Source: Octopus sinensis
Lineage: Eukaryota
Assembly (NCBI RefSeq): GCF_006345805.1
Contig: NC_043008.1
Coordinates: 64,790,001 to 64,854,000, forward strand
DNA length: 64,000 bases
Direction: 5' to 3'
Shown here: one piece after another, positions 27,256 through 41,494 of the stretch
How the letters are laid out: the number at the start of each line of letters is the position of its first letter
How positions within the stretch are numbered: the stretch's first letter is position 1
Notes under the pieces: model-generated
The model's database searches: none
The model's input: the letters and a program-made list of their open reading frames with translations, nothing else
What the model was told of the DNA's origin: nothing
Position numbers and translations under genes: made by a program

Positions 27256-27832
27256 CGGGACCTAGTCCCCCGCCCAGCAACCGAATTCATAGACGAGGGG
27301 GAACCCGGGGTGCCGGTGTATTAAGGTGGAGACGGCAGCCACCCGCCGAGGAGTAGAGCTTCCCCCACCCTAAGTGAACTAAGAGCGTGTCCACCGCGGC
27401 GGGGTCATCTGGCCCACGACGCCGGTGTGTTATAGTGGTCGGTGCCACTATAACATGTGTGTACTATGAAAAATATAACGCTGAATACAATAGATTCAAA
27501 GTATTCCATTATGATATTACACGTTAGGCTGAAGAATTACTGTAAGTTTTCTTGCATAACCAGTTTCTATTTGCTACTCAAACCAGTGTAAGGGTCGATT
27601 TTCAAATACTTTATAATTATGTTCTTCCTTCTTGCTGTTCTCTATAATCTCATTGCTTGAAACAATATGATTCTGTCGCTGTATTCTGTGATGTTCATAG
27701 CATAAAATTCATGTAGAATGAAATCTTGCAATAACAACATGAATACTGGACGTATAGGAAGACGGAGTGTACAGAAACAAATGATGTTCTAACACACTAG
27801 TTATATTTTGAGGGTTATAACACGACCTTTAC

Positions 27833-27880
<48 letters not shown>

Positions 27881-27964
27881 ACACGCGCGCGCATGTGTTT
27901 CGAATTTACTACAACAGAAGAATATGTAATGACCATTATTTATACCGTAACTTAAATATGTATA

Positions 27965-28746
<782 letters not shown>

Positions 28747-29319
28747 CACACACACACACATATATATAATTAATATACAAAGCAGTATGCAATATTTTTT
28801 TACCAAAGAGGAAAGCTATAGTTGTCACGAAATTGTCACGAATAGGCAGAGACAGATGCAGGTAAACACGCATGGCCTTGATATACAAAAATACATACAC
28901 ATAAATATACTAATGTAACTATATATAGGATACATATATAGAGAGAGAAGCAAAAGCTAAAAATATTCTGATATTCGTGTTTAGGCTTTTATCTTATATA
29001 TAGCCCAAGCGTTTTTCTATGTTCATATCAGCACACCTGGATTCCACTTGTAGCCACACTCATTACCAGTGGACTTACACCACGATAAAGTGTTCAGGGT
29101 GTAATTTCAAATCATTTAAACAATACTATAAGTTTTCTGTATGAAGATTATCTGGATCCCACCTGTTTACTCTCTCTCTCAATTTCACCTCTTAAATATA
29201 TGTGTATGTATACATACATACATACATACATATATATATATAAATATATATATATAATTCAAAGATAAAGATGTCAAGGTGTTAGTGCATTACGGCCGTT
29301 TCAGGCGGCTCCATTTAAT

Positions 29320-29615
29320 CAATCAACGCAAGCATTACATCAATTTGAAATACACCATCTTCCTTGGAGGCATAAGTCTATATAGGTTTTCAACATACAG
29401 GGTACTCAATTATAATTCTTCTCTGTTTTTTTTTTTGCAAATTTCGCATCAGAAATAGGGAATAACGTAATCCTTTTATTCTCTATTTCTTTTCTGATGC
29501 AAATTCCGTGAAAAAAATCATAATGGAGCATCCTGAATGTTGAAAACCTATATGGTCCTATGCATCCGAAGATGGCGGTGTATTTCAAATTGATGCAATG
29601 CTTGGATTGATCGAT
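29320..29615. repeat. Imperfect about 300-bp fold-back
   Basis: 29327-29408 is the reverse complement of about 29525-29613; an inner pair 'gcatcagaaatagggaataa' / 'ttattctctatttcttttctgatgc' also matches. Confidence 0.8.
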
Positions 29616-29795
29616 TGATCTGTAACTTAATACAATAAAGCCTTCCTTCCTATTCCGTTGTGGTTACGCATTCGGAACATCTATTCCAGTACTCCAAGCA
29701 ATCAAATGTGTGCACAAGACGTATTATATAAACCCTGCATGCATCCTTATTTCTGATATATACTGCTATCTATAGATAGACAGACAGACAGAAAT

Positions 29796-30321
29796 CTTGA
29801 TCAACAACTATTGGCTAACATCGATTATTATTTTTTAATACAAAACTTTATCCCATCTAACAGCTGTTTCTGCTTTCAATGTCTTACTGTGTTGCCAATG
29901 AAAATTCTAAGAATAATATTCGTCACATTTAGTAACACGTCCGATCTGGAACATGGAGCTTCATCAGAGTGAAGAAAAATACATTAAAAAATAGAAAAGA
30001 GGAAGAGCCTCGAGAATAGAAATGAAGGCTTAATATATTTAAATCATAACATTTTGCAGTGTAACACTTCAGGACGTTGAGTTAATATTCTAAATCTTCA
30101 ATGTTCTTCTAGAGGCTATTCCTCTTTTCCTTTATGCATTTTTCTTCACTCTGATGAAGCTCCACACTGTAGGTCGGATGTGTCACAAAATATAACGAAT
30201 ATTATTCTCAAAATTTTCCTTGGCAACACCGTAGGACGTTGGAAGCAGAAGTGACTGTTAGATGGGATAATGATTTGTATTAAAAATAATAATTGATGCT
30301 AGTCAATTGGTGTTGATCAAG
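29796..30321. mobile_element. Inverted pair of PLE pLTR-like arms with a decayed hammerhead core
   Basis: 29796-30026 is the imperfect reverse complement of 30096-30321; CTGATGA-agctcc at 30151 (+) and 29967-29961 (-). Confidence 0.65.
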
Positions 30322-30527
30322 GTTTCTCTATTTTCTGCTTAATTTAAATTAGATTCCTAATAAACTCTTGTTTATCTTTGTTATTGCCTGTATCCTATGA
30401 GCATAATATGCTTGCATATGTATGCCCAGGGTTAACATAGGTAATTTATACCGCATTTTCTTATTCCTTAGATGGTTATTCCAACCGCTAACTCTACTAA
30501 CCTTACACACACACACACACACACACA

Positions 30528-30582
<55 letters not shown>

Positions 30583-30834
30583 TATATTTGTATGTGCGTT
30601 TATGTGTAGAAATTTAGATAATTGCATATAGTAAGAAGTCATGTATTTGAGATTTACAAATACATTTTATATATCTCCACAATGGTTTTTGCTGTGGTTA
30701 ATTAAATTTTGCACACTTTGCATAATAGCATCAGCCAGTTGCCAATTCTTCCAAACAGATACAAACATGTATACTAATTTGTTTTAATGATTATGTATGT
30801 AACAACTTTTATAAATGAATTAGTATCAACTAAT

Positions 30835-31050
30835 ATTGGTTTCAAATTTTGGCAGAAGCCCAGAAACTTTCGAGTGAGAGGGTAAATCGATTACATCTAC
30901 CACAGTGCTCAACTGGTATTTATTTTATCGACCCCCAAAAGTATAAAATCCAAAGTCAACCCCGGCAGCATTTGAAGGCAGAACGTAACTACAATGATAT
31001 GCCGCAAATCATCTTGCCAGGCGTGCTAACGTTTTTGCCAGCTCTCCGCT
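30835..31050 (-). mobile_element. SINE family A, decayed
   Basis: 'aactggtatttattttatcgaccccc...aaagtcaaccccggcagcatttgaa...gcgtgctaacgtttttgccagctc'. Confidence 0.7.
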
Positions 31051-31645
31051 TTAGTGTCATCTAATATTGCAGGCCAACACTTGCCTCTTTATTTCTCATT
31101 TAATTATTTTATTTCTTATAGGCAACTCCTAATCTACTGAGAAGTTGAAACTTAAAGAATTTGACGAGTTCGAACATTAATTTAATGCTACACTTACATG
31201 GTTGTACATATATAAGCATTATACAGACATATATAATGTTGTCAGGTGAGTGGGGAATTTGTGGCTATATTATTTCAGTATGTTACTCCATTTAAATTTC
31301 CTGTGTCTCTTTAATTTAGATGTATATATGAATAATTGGATGTCTTATTGCTCCAAATCTGATATCATTCTCTTTTATTAAACAGTTAAGTTAAATGTCT
31401 TTGAACGTAAAAATATTGCAGCTATAATTATGCAGTATTTACACAGACGGCCATATAGGAAAGTGAGCCGCATACTTTGAAGTCACTGACAACTCTATCC
31501 CTTTTAAGATAAAATAAATGTCTTACTTCACTTACAAGTATTGATTCTCCAATTAATGTTTAGTATTTTTCTATATAATTATGCTTAAAAGCAAATATAA
31601 ATATTTACATATATATATACATACAAGCACAAACACGAAACTAAG

Positions 31646-31714
<69 letters not shown>

Positions 31715-32922
31715 CAAACGCGTGTATGTATATATGTGTACGATCATGCGTGTGAATGTATATTATATTATATATATATATCTGTGTGTGTATATGTGTG
31801 AACATACGCTTACATATATATGTGTATGAATGTATTTGTATATATATATCTGTAAGTATTATAATGCCTTCCCATAAAACTGCATGCTTTAAGTGAAGAA
31901 AAATAATATCATTTGAATATCGTGAATAAATTTTCTGAAAATATATAAAACGTTGGAATTATCGTAGATGAAAGAACGCTTGTCGATATATCAATTCAAG
32001 TTAAATGACTTACGACTCACACTTCAATAAATGCGGCGGAGAAATGTGTCTTAGAAATGAGTAAACGCAAATTAATGAACAAGCAAAATACTAAGAATGA
32101 TGCACAAAAATTTAAATCTAAGGTTGAAGTTTATATAAATGGTAAAAAGCATGAGGCCCAACAGAAAAGGAATAGAATAGAATGTATTCGATTTCTATGA
32201 TGTTTTGAGCTTGAGGCGATTAGCTAAGACCTGCATCGACAAAATGTCATTGTGGCATGCAGCAAATAGCGTTCCATGATTTTGTAACATGCAAAATATC
32301 AGAGTTTTTAGACAAGGACATCATTCACCATTAATTATTCTACGGACACTTTCCTCTCTATTATTTGTACACACAGCTTGCATTAGCATTTGACTTTTGT
32401 TACCGCTTCAAGGATTTCAAAATGTGAGAGTGTTGTTGGCATTTAGTTTACATCATTCATAGTTGATGTAACTCTGTGGTACACATGCACAATCGACGAG
32501 TCAACTACTTCGAATATATCAGTACTACAGCATGTAATAGCTAATTGTATGGATTACAATACCTGTATGGATTACAATACCTGTATGGATTTGTGTTATC
32601 TACAAAAAAAAAAAAAAAATTTCTATGCCTGTAGATACTGTTGATTGTCCAAGAGGGAGAGTGTGAGTTCAACCAGGTCAAAAAACAAGTTCTTTTACAC
32701 GCAAGTTTAAATATGAACTTTGCCACAGCGTTTTCGGGTATGCTTGCAGATTTTTTAACTATTGCTACTACACCTGACATCTGCACCTGCTGCCGGCTTC
32801 ACCTAGGCCTTTACCTATTCTACACGTTTGAGTTTTCTCAATCTCTGAAGATTTTGAGGTACACAAGCGGGATCATATATATATATGTGTATAAATATAG
32901 ATAGATATATATAGAGAGAGGG

Positions 32923-32924
<2 letters not shown>

Positions 32925-32974
<50 letters not shown>
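32925..32974. repeat. (GATA)n microsatellite
   Basis: Direct inspection. Confidence 0.95.
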
Positions 32975-33744
32975 TTGAATTTCTATCACATGATTGTGCT
33001 GAGTCTATAGAGCTGTTTCAAAATTTATGAGGGGTCTTTTTTCATTATGTCGTGTGTTGCAGTTACTAAGATGAAATAGATTTAAGGGAACGATGTGCAA
33101 GCCGTGGAATTTTATTTTTTTATAGCTTCTTAAAACTCACCGCACATGGGGGGTGGAACTCTCCAACGTAGATATTCACTATATATGTGAGTATGTGTGT
33201 GTACGTGCATCATCAAAATGCAGCAATTTTGGGGTGGTGGGATACTAGTCTATAACCTCGACTACCAAACTTGACTAGTACTTAATTGTACTGACCTCAG
33301 CTGAATAAAATTCAATGCTGACTTCGTCGGAATTTGAACTTCGGACATGATGCTACAAAGTCTCTCGCTCATTTTCTACCAGTTCTCCCAACCCATATCC
33401 GATACTAAACTACATATAAGTAAGATTTTAATTAATGCTACAGGCCAGTAATTGATAGAGATAGGCTGAAGAGCTGGAAGTGGAAGGGCATCCCATGAAA
33501 CATTTGAGGCGAAGGAGATGAAAGCACTTCGAAAATTGTCCTGCAAACCTTCATCACCAAAATAAATGAGCGTTGTGCCTTTAGTAAGAAAGTGTATTAT
33601 ACCTGTGTTTTCTTTGATGCTAAGATTTAAGAAATTGACCTTACCTGTAAAAATTTGGATCTGAGTATTTTACTCCGTTCCCGCTCTTATGTTTATAAGT
33701 GAAAATAAAGACGAGATCGTCATTGTTGGCTTTCTGTTTATCAT

Positions 33745-34375
33745 GTCGCTATATTGGTTTCAAATTTTGGTGCAAGGACAATAATTGTGAGAGAGGGGAT
33801 AAGTCATTGACATCGAATCTATTGCTCAACTAGTGCTTAGTTTATCAACCCTGAAAAGATGAAATGCAGCGTTGACCACGGCGGAATTTGAACTCAGAAC
33901 GTAAAGACAGACGAAATGCCGCTAAGCAGTTTCCCGGTGTGCTAACGATTCACCCAGCTCATGTAACTATATTGGTTTCAAATTTTGGCACGAGGCCTTT
34001 TGTTTCGAGTAAGGGGCTGAGTCTCTTACATCGTCCCCAGTACTCAACTGGTACTTATTTATCGACCTCGAAAGGATGAAAGGCAACATTGATCTTGGTG
34101 GAATTTGAACTCAGATCGAGTAGACAGACGAAATACCTATTTCTTTACTACCCACAAGGGGTTAAACACAGAGAGGACAAACAAGGACAGACAAACGGAT
34201 TAAGTCGATTATATCGACCCCAGTGTGTAACTGGTACTTATTTATCGACCTCAAAAGGATGAAAGGCAAAGTCGACATCGGCGGAATTTGAACTCAGAAC
34301 GTAACGGCAGACGAAAAACGGCTACGCATGTCGCCCGGCGTGCTAACGTTTCTGCCAGCTCGCCGCATTTTCATG
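33745..34375 (-). mobile_element. Stack of three SINE family A units; 33974-34375 is a TSD-flanked dimer
   Basis: Three B-box segments (gaatttgaactcaga); direct repeat TGTAACTATATT at 33962-33973 and 34376-34387. Confidence 0.85.
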
Positions 34376-35245
34376 TGTAACTATATTCGCAACAAGGATT
34401 ACTAAATGGATGCTGAATTAGCAGGAACGCTACGACGCTGGTCAAAATATTTTGGAGAATTATCCTATCCCTAATTTGTCTGGGGCCATATCCAAGAAAA
34501 ATCGATAATGTAAACAGCATTAAATTACTTGCGGCGATGTAAACAACCATTATCGTTTCCTAGGCACGCCGGTGTAATCTTATGCATTGTAAAAATAATA
34601 ATAGTTAATAATACAAAAAAAAAAAACATTCTTATGCTGTGATTGCTTCTGACATATTTCCCTACGTATCAACAACAGCACCAGATTTCTTAGAAATAAA
34701 GATGTTGACACGAATACTATTATTGTTACTGCGGTTTTTGGCTTTTGTTCACAGTTTGGAAATTTATAAAAAGATTTTACATTTATATTCTCTTGATTTT
34801 CGCTTTCTTTCTTTTTGTTTTTCAATTCCAACAGAATATTTTTAATTAATGTATATTTCCTGTTTTTCTTATTTCGTTCTATAAACATCTCCCCTCCACA
34901 CACATACACACACACCGTTACCTGAGTACAGATTTTCATCGCTATTAATATGCATTTCCTGTGCTATATTATTCCATATATATTCTGAACAACGCTTCAA
35001 CTTTCAGGAGTTTCTTTATTCTAATTTCCTGATGTGTTGTTATTCCTTTATTTTTGAATTAATAATATATCCTACTTTTTTTTTTATTAACAACGAAATT
35101 TGTTTATCTTTATTATGTGACGCATGCACGTGCACAAATATACGCATTAATTTATGCATGTATATATGTAAGGAGTCACACGAACTATGACATCCTAAAA
35201 GTTCTAGAGAAATTTTCACATTTGCCCAAGGATGTACATACATAC

Positions 35246-35294
<49 letters not shown>

Positions 35295-35419
35295 ATAAAT
35301 ACTCTTATTTATCTATTTATTTATAAAAACTATGAATTTCTAGCCTTACGAATTATCAAGTATGTATACGTATATGTACACGTACATATATGTATATATA
35401 CATTCATACATACATACAT

Positions 35420-35457
<38 letters not shown>

Positions 35458-35500
35458 CATGCATACATATATATACATACATCGACATATATACATATAC

Positions 35501-35533
<33 letters not shown>

Positions 35534-35976
35534 CAAATACATATGTACATAAAATACATACATGTACCTGTTTATGGGTATGTGTGTGCCCTTGTTTGAA
35601 TTCATATAGAATTCCTGTTTATGCTTACTCTACTCGAGGTATTTGTAGCTTTACTTATTCTATTAGTTTCTTGAGTATTATTTTTAAGATATCGATTATA
35701 TTTGGCACACTCTTAAGCTCAACTATTCTCAATACATTTATATGAATAGACACCTGTATATACAGACCCAAAATAACGCATGCAGGTAAACTATATTTCC
35801 TTCACTGTTTTTCCTTTTTGTTCTCGTTTTTTCGTTGTACATAAAAGTCCTTCCCCTCATATACATACATGCATTTATATATACATAAATATATACATAT
35901 ATATATACATACATATATACATATACACACACACACATATATATACATATACACAGATATGCACACACACGCACAT

Positions 35977-36007
<31 letters not shown>

Positions 36008-36517
36008 GACAGATATAGATATACTTATATATATATATATACAGATCATATTTCCATATATTAAACTACGTAATATATATAGACACATATACCATCGTCA
36101 CTATGTCTTCATTCCTTCATTCTCATATTTATTTAAAGAGAGACAGAAAGTAGAAAATTGATTGACAGAGAAACCTATCTGAGATTAATAGAGAAACTGA
36201 AAGTTAGATAAATATCTTATACTTTAATAACCAAAAACATATGATGTAAATGAATAAAAAAACTTCTCCATTCGTCTTCCAATATTGAATTTTGTAGTTA
36301 TAGTTGAGTTTTTAAGGAGCTTTTTTAACCCCATATACAAACGTAGCAATTTTCTGTATAATAATACGACGATTTTGTGGCGGAACTCATCCATGTTAGT
36401 TAAATTCTATATTTATACATGAAAATATTCATACAAAAATATATATTAGCATATCGGTGTATATATGTATGCGTTTTGTATGTGTGCTTTAAGTGCGTAA
36501 GCATGAATGTATGTGTG

Positions 36518-36557
<40 letters not shown>

Positions 36558-37009
36558 ATATGTATATGTATATAAAACACAGAGATCTGAGAAGTAAAAT
36601 GAAGTTGAAGTAAAATGAATAAACTAAAAAACTAATAGAGTAAATATATAAATACAGTACAAGTATATAATATAAATTAAAGTTAAACCATAGTAATTAT
36701 GTGGGGCAGAATTAACAGGAGACATAAAATTCCACAACGGTCATAGTTGAAACGGCAGTTCAAATAAAATTGAGAACTAGTATTGAACAAAAGTGAACTG
36801 TTGTACGAGGTGAAGAGGAAGCAAATGGACCGTAAATACTCATTAGTCACACGTTCCAGCCACACCTCAAATATAATTTCCAACACAATGAACTTCAGGA
36901 TTAGAAAACAAAAAAAAAACACGTGCAAGAATTATAAAAATACAGAGTGCAAACTGACATCCCATATATGCATGTATTTTATATATTTTATTTTTTATAT
37001 TTTATCTAG

Positions 37010-37050
37010 TTTCAGTTCACGAGCTGTGGCCATGCTGGGACACCGCCATA
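37010..37050 (-). mobile_element. Isolated 3' tail of the CR1-group LINE or a partner SINE
   Basis: Minus strand ggcggtgtcccagcatggccacagctcgtgaactgaaactaga closely matches 51932-51973. Confidence 0.8.
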
Positions 37051-37089
37051 TATATATTATATATATATATATATAATATAATGTCTTTT

Positions 37090-37214
37090 TTGTTATATTT
37101 CATATAGTATCTATCTATATGTGTGTTTGTATAGTATGTATGTATGTATGTATGTATGTATGTATGTATGTATGTAGTATGTATATATATATATATATAT
37201 AATATATATATACA

Positions 37215-37246
<32 letters not shown>

Positions 37247-37286
37247 CAAACACACATATAGATAGATACTATATGAAATATAACAA
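37090..37286. repeat. Palindrome with perfect 44-bp arms around (TATG)n-(TA)n-(CATA)n
   Basis: 37090-37133 is the exact reverse complement of 37243-37286. Confidence 0.92.
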
Positions 37287-37359
37287 AATAAACACACACA
37301 AAACAAAACACAGGCATATATATATACATAACAAATTCATATTGACCGATATGTGTATA

Positions 37360-37401
<42 letters not shown>

Positions 37402-37402
<1 letters not shown>

Positions 37403-38664
37403 AAGAAAATAGTAAAGTGTGAAAAAACGACAGAAGGCTAAATGTAAAAAATATATATATTTGTGTCAAAATGTCTGGAGAATATTGGAAAAATTTTTTT
37501 TTTTTTTCCCCCCTTTCTTAAAATGACATGATTTTAAAATTTTTAAAGAAATTACCGTTTCGCGTGTAGCTTTTCAAATTTCTTGTGACGTTATGTTTAT
37601 ATTGCATGGAATTATCGTTGTTTTTATTTCCAGGAGATTTCTAAATAAGGGGAGGTTAGACCAATTTCCGGAAGAAATACCAAAAAGGATCAGTAAGGAA
37701 TTCATTACTAAATCAATTGAATTCATCCTACACAATAACCACTTCATGTTTGACAGAAACAAAGAAGCCTTCACCATCATCACCCAGAATTTACCAATAC
37801 TTCATAAAAACCCAAAATTAAAAGAAATTCTAAACATACACCAAATCATTAAAAGCTACAAACAGCCTAAATCACTTTAAAAGATTCTCACAAAGGCAAA
37901 ATTGTCTTCTAAAATTACGGATGCAAAAGTAAAAAAATGTGGTAGATCGAACTGTGCAACATGTCCTAACCTATTGGAAGGATCAGAATTCTTCTTTAAA
38001 GAGGGACAGAATTTAAGATCAAATCTAACTTTACTTGTGCCTCTGAAAACATAATTTATGTTATTAAATGCTCGGGCTGCCACCAAGACTACGTGGGTTC
38101 CACGGGACTATCACTCAGGCAGGCGCATGCACACTGCATCGACAACAGATTGCATTCCCAGAATATAGAATGATACCTTTTAGTGAGCACATTGAGAAAT
38201 GCGCAAAGCACTACTGCCACAATTTTTAATCTTCCCATATTACCAATGTGCTTTCGGATCATCAACACAAATGAGACTGAACAAGGAACATTCTTCATTG
38301 AAAAGTACAACCCAGACTCAACCATCCGAACATACTGACACAGAGAAATTAACAAGGAAAAGGGAAAACAAATTTTTAAGCGATTATCTCCCCTACACCG
38401 GAAAAATCACTCACTACCTCCCCTTATTTAGAAATCTCCTGGAAATAAAAACAACGATAATTCCATGCAATATAAACATAACGTCACAAGAAATTTGAAA
38501 AGCTACACGCGAAACCGTAATTTCTTTAAAAATTTTAAAATCATGTCATTTTAAGGAAAGGGAAAAAAAAATTTTTCCAATATTCTCCAGACATTTTGAC
38601 ACAATATATATATTTTTTAACATTTAAGCCTTCTGTCGTTTTTTCACACTATACTATTTTCTTA
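37402..38664 (+). mobile_element. Penelope-like element, internally deleted, with about 250-bp inverted terminal arms
   Basis: Arms 37402-37656 and 38416-38664 are nearly identical in reverse complement. Inside: RT piece 'ISKEFITKSIEFILHNNHFMFD', linker 'LPILHKNPKLKEIL...IKSYKQPKSL', 'KKCGRSNCATC', and GIY-YIG region 'NIIYVIKCSGCHQDYVGST'. Confidence 0.9.
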
Positions 38665-38710
38665 TATATTCACCCACGTGCTTTACCAAACAAACTTTCT
38701 TATCTATATC

Positions 38711-38755
<45 letters not shown>

Positions 38756-38924
38756 AGGTTGGTGTAGACAAATACATATACATACACACATACACAGTTC
38801 TGATTTCATATATGAAGAAGTACAAGCATAAAACAATATAAAGGCAAACCTACATGCATATTTATCGTATTTATAAATGTACGCATACTTACGCATCTAT
38901 ATACATACATATACACACACACAC

Positions 38925-38960
<36 letters not shown>

Positions 38961-40139
38961 ACATCTCAATATGTAGACATACATGCGAACACATATAGAA
39001 ACGTATTGATAGGAATAAATAACTAGATCCAAAGGATAAAGAGTTAACTCTTCTATAAGATTGAATCCGCCGAAAGCATAAGTGAAATAATTTTAAACAA
39101 GAGCACTCAAAGAGCGCAAACCTCAGCCAAGGCAACACCAACGTCCTGATTTCTGTTATTAGGCACACGTATATGTATATTTAATCTTCTCATATAATAT
39201 ATGAGAGTTTTTTTAGATTAAGAATAAATGTTCAGTGAATCCTTTTTTGTTAAGATTTGTTGTTGCCTGTCTGTGGCAAATACAAAATAGTAGAGTTTCA
39301 TTTATAGTACCAGGTAAAACTGATAGCAGAAACGATTCTGTATTAGAAGGCATACAAAATCTTTAATATATATTGACCTTAAATATATATCGATATACTT
39401 GTCAATAGGCAAGATATCTTGAAATATCTGTTAGCTTATCTATTTAATTATGTTGCAGTTAATCTATTTTTGCGTAATGCATCTTTAAAGGTGAAAAGTG
39501 TTGTATCTAATCAGAATTACCTTCCAGCAGGAATCGATATTTTACTTACAACAAAATCTTGCTTAGAACATGCCATATAAGTAAAACTTGATGCTTGTCC
39601 ATACATCTTAAATATCTCTCTATTTCTATAGCAATGCTTCTGTTTTGTTCTAAATATTTTAGAGTTATTCCCAGTAGCTGATAATCTGCATTTAAGTTCT
39701 TTCCGAAATGACTTTTCGTCTACACAATGACGTTATCTGGAATGATTCGTATTGATTCAGCAATTACGGACGTCTAAAGCCAGACAATCTATAATTCATT
39801 ACGTCTCCCACCTCCTTCGCTTTAGACCAGTCCTGAAATACAATGTAATATATATATAAATTTTAAAAAATATAACAAAACATTGGACAGTACTAATAAT
39901 GGCACCACTGCGCGTAGTTAAATAATTGCCGAAGGAGGCGTGATCTTTAATTCACAATGACCAGCAAACACTTCGGTGTGAAATTAACCACTAATAATTG
40001 CCACATATACAATTACGACTTTACAGTTAGTTTAACTTTAGAATTGAAATAGAAAATAAAAATTCAGCCTAGAGATTATTTCCAGATAATAATTTCCACT
40101 GTTTTCGTACTTAGAAGCATAGAGAGATATGCACACACG

Positions 40140-40660
40140 TATACATAAACGTATACGCACTAAGAGATACCGACACATACACACTCACATACGCAGACAC
40201 TCACGTGTGTGAGCACACACACATAATATATATATATATGTATATGTATATATATGTATGTATATATCTATCTATCTATATATATATATATATATTATGG
40301 ATGTATGTATATATATATATGTATGTATGTATATATATATATATATGTATGTATATATCTATATATATGTATCTGTATATATGTATATATATATATATAT
40401 ATATATTATGTATATATATATGTATATATATATATGTATGTATATATATGTATATATATATATGTATATATATATATGTATATATATGTATGTATATATA
40501 TGTTTATTTATATATATATGTATATATATATATGTATATATCTATATATATGTATCTGTATATATGTATATATATATGGATATATATATATATATATATG
40601 TATATGTATATATATGTATATATATGTATATATATGTGTGTGTGTAAATGTGTATGTATT
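40140..40660. repeat. Compound (TA)n/(TATG)n microsatellite
   Basis: Direct inspection; source of the 212-aa YI-repeat ORF. Confidence 0.95.
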
Positions 40661-41494
40661 ACTTTTCATTTATGTCAGACAGACATTGGCATAGAAACAA
40701 CTAATTGCAGTTTAGCTATAGAGCAGGCATACTTAGTGAATAAATGCCTAGATTTGACGCACTATGTTGAGAGTTATCAAGTTCTCGTGGGTCTAGTTGT
40801 AACATACATGTCTCTGAATGTGTGCATATATATATATTTGTAAGCATCTGCCTGTTTGTGTTTATCTGTTTCTCTCGCTAACCCCCTCTGGCGTATGCAC
40901 ACACACACACAAAGATATATGATATACAAGCATATAAAGAAATATACTTATACATACAAATATGTATGTGTTTATGCATATATGTGTGTGAATGTGTATG
41001 CATCTGTGTCATTTGTGTCTCTGTGTGTGTGCTGGAGAGAGAGTATGTTTGTGAATCAAACCTTAATTAATTTTCAGAAAATCACGCAACATCTCTTTAC
41101 TGGGTGACTATAATTTATTGTCTACAGTGTTACAACTAATTCCTGTCGTTATCAATTCTGCAGCAATCAAAAATTTGACTTCCTTTCTGATAAATGACCT
41201 GGCCGCACGAGATTTCTCATGTCCACCCTTTACTAAATCGGCCACTTCTGATACATTTAAACAGTGTGTAATATGATATAAAGTATCACAGAACATTGTC
41301 GGCTAAGTAGAGAAAACCCAGCACATATATGTCTTCATAAATTGGACGAAAACCACAATATTTCACAGGTCGCGGAAGAGAAATGGGTTTCTAGTTTCCC
41401 TGTAAACAAATCAACTAAAACATATTAAATAAAGGAAACAATAATTCATAATAGAATAGTAGAAAAATATTAATTCCTAATAAGATGCTGCAAG

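Noticed and set aside
32610-32800. PA-domain-like (+) or AP-endonuclease-like (-) peptide, and an adjacent 18-bp tandem repeat
   Set aside because: Conflicting weak similarities on opposite strands; neither is supportable.
39521-39719. 199-nt open minus-strand stretch ending in AG|gtaatt
   Set aside because: Poor acceptor, no homology recognised, and an open frame of this length is expected by chance in 64 kb.
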